Source: Planctomycetota bacterium (lineage in GTDB: Bacteria > Planctomycetota > SZUA-567 > H5-PLA8). Taken from it: a stretch of DNA of 44,760 nucleotides. Shown piece after piece: positions 37,371-44,760 of this stretch. Each line of letters starts with the position of its first letter. Position 1 is the first letter of the stretch. The position numbers and the translations under genes were made by a program. The DNA is taken from contig BTVV01000045.1 of the NCBI GenBank assembly GCA_045863855.1, forward strand, positions 1 to 44,760, read 5' to 3'. The notes under the pieces were generated by a model. The model did not search any database. It was not told the origin of the DNA and was given only the letters and a program-made list of their open reading frames with translations.

Positions 37371-37871
37371 ATGGCCGAAGCACCGCGAACCCAATCTTCA
37401 CGCCCCGCGCGCAAGGCGCCCGCGCCCGATGCGGAGCCCGCGGCCATGGCGGCCGAGCCGGCCTTACCGCCCGCCTTTCTTGAACCGTTGCCAGAGAACG
37501 CGCCGTGCTGGGCGGCGCTGACCGCGCTCGAGCGCCGCTGGCGCGACGAGTCCGCCGGCGAAACGCCGATCCGCTGGGCCGTGCGTTCCGATTCCCGCGT
37601 CGACGTCGGCGCGTGGTTAGCCGATGCGCGCGTCTGGGCCGCGGCGCAACCCGGCGCGCTTCTGCTCTTCGCCGCCGGCAAACGGCCGTACGCCGAAACG
37701 ATCCCTTTCGCCGAACTGCGCGACAGCCTCTACAACCACATCACCGGCGAACTGATCCTCGCGCCCGCTCCGAACGTGCGCGTCGCGCGTTTGAAGCTGC
37801 TGCCCGTGGACGCGCTGCAACTTCTCGCGCAGATGCACGCGCCGCCCAAGCGTAATAAGACGCCAGAATAG
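37371..37871 (+). CDS. Hypothetical protein
   Basis: ORF filling the gap between tRNA-Leu and natB-like gene. No recognised motif and start uncertain. Confidence 0.55.
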   Translation: MAEAPRTQSSRPARKAPAPDAEPAAMAAEPALPPAFLEPLPENAPCWAALTALERRWRDESAGETPIRWAVRSDSRVDVGAWLADARVWAAAQPGALLLFAAGKRPYAETIPFAELRDSLYNHITGELILAPAPNVRVARLKLLPVDALQLLAQMHAPPKRNKTPE

Positions 37872-37887
37872 GGTTAAGGCCGGCGCC

Positions 37888-40098
37888 TCACGTAAGCGAC
37901 TCGCGCTGGGCGCCAGGATTCGAACCTGGGATCTCATGGGTGGTAGCGGCCGATTCCGTATCCGCTTTGCCGCAGCCGAAGGCCAGATAAACCCCCAGCG
38001 CAAAGACGGCCAGCGCCGGAGCGAGCAGGCTCGCCGGAAGCCACGGTCCTTCGACCTCGCCGATCCAGGCTTCGCGCGCGACCAGCACCGAGAGGCCGTT
38101 GTGCAGGAAGTGAAAGAGCACGCTGGGCCAAAGGCTGCGGCTTTCCCAGGCCAGCAGCCCCAGCGCCAGGCCCAGACTGGCGGCCAGCGGTTGGCGCACC
38201 AGCGGCAGGTGGAACGCGCCGAAGAGCAGCGCGGTGGCGACGAGCGCCAGCGTGCGGCGCCCGGTGGCGCGGAAGCTGTTGAGCAGCATGCCGCGGCAAA
38301 GGTGTTCCTCGCAGAGCGCCGGAAGCGCGGCCATCAGCGCCAAGCTCATCGCCAGCGGCCACTCGGCGACGATCGGTTCCAGGAGGTCGCCCATCGGGTT
38401 GGGCTTGATCCAGCCCAAGTGCTGAGCCAGCGCGTTGTATTGAAGCCCCAGCACCCAGGAACTTCCGCCCAGGCACAGCGCCGACGCCCAGGCGCGCGGG
38501 CCGGGCAGACGGTATCCGAAGGTTTCGCGCGGCGTGAGCTTCATGTACCAGACGGCAAACCACGGAACCGCCAGGAGCACCAGCAGCGGCGCGAAGAGCC
38601 CCAGCGCCAGCCGCCACGAAGCCGGCGCGGCGCCGGGTGTCGCCAGATCGCCCAGGAGCGTCTGTTGCAGCGTGGTGGAACAGTAAAACCAGAGCGGAAA
38701 GGCCAGCGCGGCGAGGACCAGCCCGTCGGCGACGCCGGTGGTGGGGCGGGGGCGCAGGTAGCGCCGGCCCAAGAGCAGGCGCAGCGAAGACTGCGATCCG
38801 AAGAGCACTTCCTCGCGCGCGAAAATCTTGGACGCCAGAAGCACCGCCGCGCCGGCGTAGAGACAGGTGCTGGAAAAAACGAAGGCAAAGGCCTGCCCCA
38901 ACCCTTCGCGGCCCAGGAACAGTTCGCGGATCAGGAGCGAGGTGTTGGCCACCGGCAGAACCAAGAGCGGCCCGGCCAGTTCGAGGTCCGGGACGGCGGC
39001 GATCAGGAGCGCGAAGAGCGGCAGAATATACACGGGCAGGATATACACCTGCGCTTCCTTGTAGTTGGTGGCCAGGCTGCTGACGGCGAGCATCACGGCG
39101 CTGAAGAGGAGCGCCAGCGGCAACAGGAGCAGCAGCGTCGCCGGCAGCGCCGACCACGGGAACTGGAAGCCTTCGATCCGGTGCAGGCCCGTCGCGGCGA
39201 TGGTGAGCGCGAAGCTAGAGACGTTCAGGAACGCGTTAAGCAGCGCGACGGCGGAGACACAGAGAAATTTCCCCAGCATCGCGTCCATCGGCTGCACGGG
39301 CGAGACGATCAGCGGAATCAGCGTCTTGCGTTCTTTTTCGCCGACGGTCAGATCGATGGCCGGTCCCAGCGCGCCGGTGATGAGCATGAAGATGAACCAG
39401 AGCGGAAGCATGGTGCCCAGGCGCGAACCGCCGACCTTTTCGGGCGGCGCGACGTTGGTCGGTTCGGCGACGCGGAAGGGCACGAGGAACGCTTCGCCCA
39501 GTTCCTGCCGTTCGAGCCGGCCGGCGACCAGCGCCTCGGCCGCGCGGACCAGCGCCGCGCGCACCAGCCGCTCGGCGCGCGCGGAACGGTGTTCGGCCTC
39601 GTCGTATAGAATCTCGAGTTCCGGGGTCTCGTCGGCCTTCAAACGCCAGTTCTGGGGCTCCGCGAAGCCTTGCAGCAAGCCGGGTTGCAGGCGCAGCACG
39701 GCTTGGATGCGCCCTTCGCGCAGGGAGGTGAGCGGGTCGGCATCGGCCACGAACTCGATCCGCGGCGCCGGCAGTTCCTGAACGTGCGGACGGTCCGTGG
39801 ACTTCGTTGCTTCTTGGGGTCCGGCTTCCTCGTCCGTTTTTTCCGCAGGCCGTGGCTTCAGGTGCGGTTCCAGCCACGCCGCGATCGCATCGTGTTCGGC
39901 GGCCGGCTCCACGGCTACCGCGTACGTCTCGCTCTGTGCCTTGCCCTGCGTGTACTGGAGCAATTCGGTCATCAGGAGCGTCATCAGCGGCCACATCAGC
40001 ACGGGCAGCGCGATGGTGGCAAACAGCGTGCGCTTGTCGCGGAAGACGTCGCGGCATTCCTTGATGAAGACGGCGCTGACCTTGGAAACCTGGATCAT
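37888..40098 (-). CDS. NatB-like ABC-2 permease fused to a CPBP (CAAX/Abi) intramembrane protease domain
   Basis: KECRDVFRDKRTL, AIDLTVGEKERKTL, YKEAQ, E.VLF. C-terminal EEHLCRG, FGAFH, HFLHN CPBP motifs. Confidence 0.88.
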   Translation of the reverse strand: MIQVSKVSAVFIKECRDVFRDKRTLFATIALPVLMWPLMTLLMTELLQYTQGKAQSETYAVAVEPAAEHDAIAAWLEPHLKPRPAEKTDEEAGPQEATKSTDRPHVQELPAPRIEFVADADPLTSLREGRIQAVLRLQPGLLQGFAEPQNWRLKADETPELEILYDEAEHRSARAERLVRAALVRAAEALVAGRLERQELGEAFLVPFRVAEPTNVAPPEKVGGSRLGTMLPLWFIFMLITGALGPAIDLTVGEKERKTLIPLIVSPVQPMDAMLGKFLCVSAVALLNAFLNVSSFALTIAATGLHRIEGFQFPWSALPATLLLLLPLALLFSAVMLAVSSLATNYKEAQVYILPVYILPLFALLIAAVPDLELAGPLLVLPVANTSLLIRELFLGREGLGQAFAFVFSSTCLYAGAAVLLASKIFAREEVLFGSQSSLRLLLGRRYLRPRPTTGVADGLVLAALAFPLWFYCSTTLQQTLLGDLATPGAAPASWRLALGLFAPLLVLLAVPWFAVWYMKLTPRETFGYRLPGPRAWASALCLGGSSWVLGLQYNALAQHLGWIKPNPMGDLLEPIVAEWPLAMSLALMAALPALCEEHLCRGMLLNSFRATGRRTLALVATALLFGAFHLPLVRQPLAASLGLALGLLAWESRSLWPSVLFHFLHNGLSVLVAREAWIGEVEGPWLPASLLAPALAVFALGVYLAFGCGKADTESAATTHEIPGSNPGAQRESLT
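37907..37942 (-). repeat. Duplicated 3' half of tRNA-Val (att-like direct repeat)
   Basis: TGGGCGC--CAGGATTCGAACCTGGGATCTCATGGGTG matches 41025-41062 with one mismatch and a 2-nt gap. Confidence 0.9.
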
Positions 40099-40904
40099 GC
40101 CGCGCCTCCCGGCGCGGCGGCCGGCCAGGTCAGGCGCGGCAGCGCGTCCGGATCGACCTGTTCGACCAGCGTGCGGAAGACGTCGCTGAGCCGTTCGCGC
40201 CCGCTCTTCGCGCGCAGTTCGGCCAGCGTGCCTTCGGCCAGGAGCTGCCCGCGGTGGATCATCCCGAAGCGCGCGCAGATGTCTTCCACTTCGTCGAGGC
40301 TGTGCGTGGAGAGCACGATCGTGCGCCCGGCGCGGCCGGTGGCGCGGATGAAATCGAGGATTAACTGGTTGGTCAGCACGTCCAGGCCCAGCGTGGGCTC
40401 GTCGAGGATCAGGACGGGCGGGTCGCCCACCAGCGTCCGCGCGATCTGGACGCGCTGGCGCTGCCCGGTCGAGAGCCCCTCGCAGCGCCGGTCGGCGTAA
40501 TCGGCGATGCCCAGGATGCCGATCAGTTCGCCCACCTGCCGGGCGCACGCGTCGCGCGGCAGGTCGCGCAACGCGCCGAAGTACATCAGGTTCTCGCGCG
40601 GCGACAGGCGTTCGTACAGCCCGCTGCCTTCGGCGAGAAACCCGATGCGCTGCTTGAGCCAGAGCGGATCGTTGAGGTGGCGGCCGACGTCCACCGCCAC
40701 GCGTCCGTCGAGCACGATGCGCCCGGCGCTGGGCGCCATCAACCCCGTGAGCATGCGCATCACCGTGGTCTTGCCCGCGCCGTTGGGGCCCAGCAGGCCG
40801 TAGATTTCGCCCTTCGCGATGCGCAGCGACACGCCGGAGACGGCTTCCAATTCTTCGCCGCGGTGCGTGACGAACGTCTTACGCAATCCGTCCAGTTCGA
40901 TCAT
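40095..40904 (-). CDS. NatA-like ABC transporter ATP-binding protein
   Basis: GPNGAGKTT, LSTGQRQR, LILDEPTLGLD, LSTH. ATGA overlap with the permease. Confidence 0.92.
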   Translation of the reverse strand: MIELDGLRKTFVTHRGEELEAVSGVSLRIAKGEIYGLLGPNGAGKTTVMRMLTGLMAPSAGRIVLDGRVAVDVGRHLNDPLWLKQRIGFLAEGSGLYERLSPRENLMYFGALRDLPRDACARQVGELIGILGIADYADRRCEGLSTGQRQRVQIARTLVGDPPVLILDEPTLGLDVLTNQLILDFIRATGRAGRTIVLSTHSLDEVEDICARFGMIHRGQLLAEGTLAELRAKSGRERLSDVFRTLVEQVDPDALPRLTWPAAAPGGAA

Positions 40905-41021
40905 GGTGGCGTCCGATGAGGCCCGTAATGCCTCGCCATCATACTAAGACTTCGGGCCGAGCGCGGTTCGTCAAAAGCAGGTCAGCATTTGCCCGGCACA
41001 CGTTCGCGCAGGCGGGAGAAA

Positions 41022-41098
41022 TGGTGGGCGCACCAGGATTCGAACCTGGGACCTCATGGGTGTGATCCATGCGCTCTAACCAGCTGAGCTATGCGCCC
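41022..41098 (-). tRNA. tRNA-Val (CAC)
   Basis: GGGCGCA acceptor stem, TAGCTCAGCTGGTTAGAGC D-arm, CATGG-ATCACAC-CCATG anticodon arm, GGTTCGAATCC T-loop, ACCA end. Confidence 0.95.
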
Positions 41099-41313
41099 GT
41101 GCGGGAGGTGGATTGAACCCTAAGCGCCGGGCCGGGTCAAGTTCCGGCCACGGATCGCCTTAAAGTAACGCGCGTGTGCATTCTCAATAAAGTCCAGGCC
41201 CATGGACGTCCAAGCACCTCCGTCCGAAGTTATGGGCGGAATGATAAGTGCCGTGAGATCACGTAAAGCATTATATATAAGTGGGTTATGAGGCGCCTTG
41301 TGGAGCGCGTAGC

Positions 41314-41330
41314 TTGGCACGCGGCGTGCG
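41314..41330 (+). promoter_or_regulatory. Candidate sigma54 (-24/-12) promoter
   Basis: TTGGCACGCGGCGTGCG with GG(41316-17)-N10-GC(41328-29). AT-rich tract about 40 bp upstream and a gene start 62 bp downstream. Confidence 0.65.
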
Positions 41331-41391
41331 CTTCTAGGTTTCTGCGCACCGGCATGGAAGCGTGCGCCAAGAACCTGAAGGAGTGCAGGCC

Positions 41392-41877
41392 ATGGGTACG
41401 TATCAAGACTCCGCACGGGCGCGACGCATCTTGGTCATCGACGACGATCCGGATATCCGGTCGCTGTTGACGCTCACGCTTGAACAGGCGGGCTACGAGG
41501 TGGATACCGCGGAAGACGCCAAGACGGCGCTGAAGCGGTTCGCCGCCGGCGCCTACGACTTGGTGACGCTGGACGTCTACATGCCGGGGTGCAGCGGGGT
41601 GGAACTGCAACGCAAGCTCTCGGAAGGGTTTGGCTACGGCGCGCGGGTTTCTTCGAATCGGCCCGACCGGCTCCCGCCCATTCTGGTGCTGACCGGGCAT
41701 GCGGTGGACGACGAGATCCGCCAGCTTCTCAGCGGCGAGCGGGTGGTGGGAGTGCTCTCCAAGCCCTTGGATCTGGAACGCCTGGTCGAGACGGTGAACG
41801 ATCTGCTGACGTACGAAGACCGCAAGCGCTCGCGCCGCATGATGGCGCTGACCCGGTTAGCGCGGGTGCAGCGGTGA
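41392..41877 (+). CDS. Stand-alone response regulator receiver protein
   Basis: ILVIDDD, YDLVTLDVYMP, ILVLTG, LSKP. AAGGAG RBS. Confidence 0.9.
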   Translation: MGTYQDSARARRILVIDDDPDIRSLLTLTLEQAGYEVDTAEDAKTALKRFAAGAYDLVTLDVYMPGCSGVELQRKLSEGFGYGARVSSNRPDRLPPILVLTGHAVDDEIRQLLSGERVVGVLSKPLDLERLVETVNDLLTYEDRKRSRRMMALTRLARVQR

Positions 41878-42449
41878 GCGGCTCCGCGGGCGCCCCCTCG
41901 GGACGCCGCTCCTCGCGCACGTCCGCCGCTCTGGTGCGCGTGCTGGTGGGCGGCTGCGCGCCGGCGGATGCGGCGCGGCTGAGGCTCTGGCTGGCCGACC
42001 GCGGGTACGCGTGCGAGGAAGCGGGGACGTTCGAGGCATCGCTGCGCGCGCTGGAACGCCGCAGCTTCGATCTGTGGATCTTCGAGGCCGAGGGGTTGCG
42101 CCTGCACGAACCGATGGTCTGGGCGTCCTTGCGCTTCGCGTGCGACCGTTCCGGCACGCGTAACGCGAGCAAGTCCGCGCAGGCGATGACGCAGATTCCG
42201 GTCCTGGTGCTCGTGCGCAAGATCGGCCCCGAGGCGCTCAAGCCGCTCTCCGCGGCCGCCGCGACCCCCTCGATCACCGGTTGGAACCGTTCGGGCTGGA
42301 ACCTGGGCGTGCAGGAGTGGCCGTGCTCGGAAGAGCGGCTGGCCGCGCTGGTCGCCGAACTTCTGGGCGCGCCTGCTCCGCGCCCCCGGCCCGCCTGGCG
42401 CCGCCGCGACACGCCCCAGGCGCAGCCTGCCGCCGCACCCGTGGACTGA
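41874..42449 (+). CDS. Degenerate receiver-like protein
   Basis: GTGA overlap with the upstream gene. VRVLV...L...GY..EEA...EA.LRAL....FDLWIFE...IPVLVL pattern, lacking the conserved Asp and Lys. Confidence 0.5.
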   Translation: MSGSAGAPSGRRSSRTSAALVRVLVGGCAPADAARLRLWLADRGYACEEAGTFEASLRALERRSFDLWIFEAEGLRLHEPMVWASLRFACDRSGTRNASKSAQAMTQIPVLVLVRKIGPEALKPLSAAAATPSITGWNRSGWNLGVQEWPCSEERLAALVAELLGAPAPRPRPAWRRRDTPQAQPAAAPVD

Positions 42450-42474
42450 ATGCTTGGGGCGTTGCCCAAGCCAT

Positions 42475-42507
42475 AAAAAAGGCGGACCGCCGGAGCGGTC
42501 CGCCTTT
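42475..42507 (-). terminator. Intrinsic terminator of rpsA (possibly bidirectional)
   Basis: AAAAAA-GGCGGACCGC-CGGA-GCGGTCCGCC-TTT. Confidence 0.9.
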
Positions 42508-42541
42508 ATCGTTTATAGACAACGGCTTAGACGGAGGAACG

Positions 42542-44329
42542 TTATTCCGCGTCCTGAGCCGCTTCGTTCTTGGCCTTCTCTTCCTTCTCGGCCACGCTGG
42601 CTTTGGCCGATTCGGGAATCTCGACCTTCACCGAGACGTTCTGCTCGGCGGGAATCGGAATCCCGTCGAAGCTCATCGCCTTGAGGCTCAGGCCGATCTT
42701 CCGTTCGCTGGCGTCCACGTTGAGAATCTTCAGTTCCAGCGTCTGGCCGGGCTGCACGATCTCTTCGGGCTTCTCGATCTTCCCGTCGGACATCTCGCTG
42801 ATGTGCAGCAGGCCTTCGAGGTCTTCGGCGATCTCGACGAACGCGCCGAAGCTGGTCAGCTTGGTGACGGCGCCCTTGACCTTCTGGCCGGGCTGGAAGC
42901 GGCTGGGAATGTCGGTCTCCCACGGATCCTCGCTCAACTGCTTGAGGCCCAGCGCCACGCGCTTGCGTTCCTTATCGACGCTCAGCACCACCGCTTCCAG
43001 TTCGTCGCCCTTCTTCAGCATCGCGCTGGGGTGGGTGATCTTCTTGGTCCAGGACATGTCGCTGACGTGCAGCAGGCCGTCGATGCCGTCCTCGAGTTCG
43101 ACGAACGCGCCGTAGGTGGTCATGTTGCGGACCTTGCCCTTGATGCGCGTGCCGGCCGGGTACTTCTCTTCGACGTTCGTCCAGGGGTTCTCCTCGGCCT
43201 GCTTCATGCCGAGGCTGATCTCCTGCTTGTCCTGGTTGACGTCGAGGACCACGACTTCGACCGGCAACTGCAGCGAGACGACTTCGCTGGGGTGCTGGAT
43301 GTTCCGCGTCCAGGACATCTCGCTGACGTGGACCAGGCCTTCGATGCCGTCTTCGAGCTTCACGAAGGCGCCGTAGGGCATGATGTTGACCACCTCGCCC
43401 TTATGCCGCGTGCCGACCGGGTACTTTTCGGCGACCTGCGTCCAGGGGTTGGGGGTGAGCTGCTTGAGGCCGAGGCTGATGCGCTCGCGGTCCAGGTCGT
43501 AGTCGAGCACCTTGACTTCGACGGTCTGGTCGACCTTGAGCACCTCGCTGGGGTGCTGGATGCGGCCCCAGGACATGTCGGTGATGTGCAGCAGGCCGTC
43601 GATGCCGCCCAGGTCGATGAACGCGCCGAAGTCGGTGATGTTCTTGACGATGCCGCGGCGCACTTCGCCCTTCTGGATGTTGGAGAGCAGGTCCTTCTTC
43701 ATCCGGTCGCGCTCGTCTTCCAGCAGCTTGCGGCGGGAGAGGACGATGTTGCGGCGGTCGTTGTCGATCTTGATGATCTTGCATTCCAGCTCTTTGCCGA
43801 CCCAATCCTGCGGATCGCCGACGCGGCGGATGTCGATCTGGCTGGCGGGCAGGAAGACGGGCACGCCGATGTCGACGAGCAGGCCGCCCTTGATCTTGCG
43901 GGTCGCGCGGCCCTTGACCACGTCGTTGACCTGGTAGGTCTCCATGACGCGTTCCCAGCCGCGGATACGGTCGGCCTTCTTCTTGGAGAGGACCACGAGG
44001 CCCGAGGCGTCTTCGATCTGGTCGAGGTACACTTCGAGGCCGATCTCGGTGCCGTCCACGAGGGCCTGTTCGATGTCGGCCAGGTTGTCGAACTCGGCCT
44101 TGTCGATGAAGCCTTCGGACTTGTAGCCGATATCGACGACGACATCGTCGCCGGCGATGCGGACGACTTTGCCCTTCAGGATCGCGCCCTGCGTGAAGTC
44201 GCTGACCGACTGAGTCAACTCTCCAACGAGCGCCTCCTGGTTGTCCAAGTCCTTCATGCACTCGGCGACGGCCGTATCGAGATCCTTGTCGCCGATGCCG
44301 AGATTGAGCGTATTGAACCGCTTGCCCAT
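42542..44329 (-). CDS. rpsA: 30S ribosomal protein S1
   Basis: VDIGYKSEG, KGGLLVD...FLPASQ, repeated S1 domains (FGAFIDLGGIDGLLHITDMSW, GAFV.L..GIEGLVHVSEMSW). Confidence 0.97.
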   Translation of the reverse strand: MGKRFNTLNLGIGDKDLDTAVAECMKDLDNQEALVGELTQSVSDFTQGAILKGKVVRIAGDDVVVDIGYKSEGFIDKAEFDNLADIEQALVDGTEIGLEVYLDQIEDASGLVVLSKKKADRIRGWERVMETYQVNDVVKGRATRKIKGGLLVDIGVPVFLPASQIDIRRVGDPQDWVGKELECKIIKIDNDRRNIVLSRRKLLEDERDRMKKDLLSNIQKGEVRRGIVKNITDFGAFIDLGGIDGLLHITDMSWGRIQHPSEVLKVDQTVEVKVLDYDLDRERISLGLKQLTPNPWTQVAEKYPVGTRHKGEVVNIMPYGAFVKLEDGIEGLVHVSEMSWTRNIQHPSEVVSLQLPVEVVVLDVNQDKQEISLGMKQAEENPWTNVEEKYPAGTRIKGKVRNMTTYGAFVELEDGIDGLLHVSDMSWTKKITHPSAMLKKGDELEAVVLSVDKERKRVALGLKQLSEDPWETDIPSRFQPGQKVKGAVTKLTSFGAFVEIAEDLEGLLHISEMSDGKIEKPEEIVQPGQTLELKILNVDASERKIGLSLKAMSFDGIPIPAEQNVSVKVEIPESAKASVAEKEEKAKNEAAQDAE

Positions 44330-44730
44330 GTCTGCAACCCTTTCCGCCTCGCCCGGCGACGCCGACGCGCCGCCCGTTGCGGGGCTTGGTAATACCGATC
44401 GAGAATGCGGGGGAATCGGTCTCCGTGACAGACCGCCGAACGGAAGCGGCCAGCACGGCGTGGGATACCCCTGATCTCCGGCGCGCAACCTCAAGATCGC
44501 GCTTCAACCGGGAACCGATGCAAAAGAGACTTTAGGGGATGGCGCGGCGGCGTGCCAGTGCCTTTCTCTATGGCGGAATGCGGCCGGAAGGGCAAGCCGA
44601 TGCTCCGCGGAGGCGCTGGACGGCGTCGTGACCGGTTTCGATGACGGCCGGCCGAAGCGTCAGCCGAACTTCCCGGCCGGTTATCACAGCGGCTCGGCGG
44701 GGGGTGCGGAGGCCATAACAAAAACGCAAA

Positions 44731-44746
44731 TGTTCCACGTGGAACA
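44731..44746. promoter_or_regulatory. parS centromere-like site
   Basis: Perfect palindrome TGTTCCACGTGGAACA (extends to 44729-44748), fitting the TGTTNCACGTGNAACA parS consensus. Confidence 0.88.
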
Positions 44747-44760
44747 TTCACGATGCGAAG

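Larger units (their letters stand above)
37907..41062. mobile_element. Putative relic genomic islet integrated at tRNA-Val, no integrase
   Basis: Bounded by the intact tRNA and a same-orientation copy of its 3' half. Contains only the NatAB-like pair. Confidence 0.55.

Noticed and set aside
40099..40548. N-terminal extension of the 886-aa ORF
   Set aside because: Overlaps the ATPase gene in another frame. The real start is most likely the coupled ATG at 40098.
41022..41098. tRNA-Val as a pseudogene because of A at position 32
   Set aside because: All stems pair, CCA is intact, and a TTGACC-N17-TTCAAT promoter-like element lies upstream.

Overview
GC-rich bacterial chromosomal segment. The gene repertoire (prenyltransferase/squalene-cyclase-repeat membrane protein, PTP-cytochrome c fusion, SMUG1, NatB-CPBP fusion, multiple PhyH dioxygenases, DUF4175-like giant protein) suggests Planctomycetota; this is inference. 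Order: partial phoU; TetR/DinB/VOC cluster; exported phosphatase-like/heme c protein; SMUG1; lipoprotein; AraC + two PhyH; Lhr; SGNH esterase; prenyltransferase-like protein; Cys-pair-rich protein; sialate O-acetylesterase; GT4; secreted hydrolase-like protein; AraC + PhyH; uronate isomerase-like; GT1; MlaE-MlaF plus three long MCE paralogs; ferredoxin; a large protein with 83 G(Q/E) dipeptides; GGDEF-CBM48 fusion; tRNA-Leu(TAA); NatAB-like ABC pair; tRNA-Val(CAC); a receiver/pseudo-receiver pair; rpsA; and a parS palindrome. Most notable: (1) a 3.1 kb integrase-less islet bounded by tRNA-Val and a duplicated tRNA 3' half that is now translated as a protein C-terminus; (2) a three-subunit MCE system with a shared insertion; (3) the GGDEF-glycogen-binding fusion; (4) the poly(GQ) protein; (5) a candidate sigma54-linked structured RNA. 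No CRISPR array, rRNA, integrase or transposase was seen. All product calls come from motif recognition by eye, not database searches.
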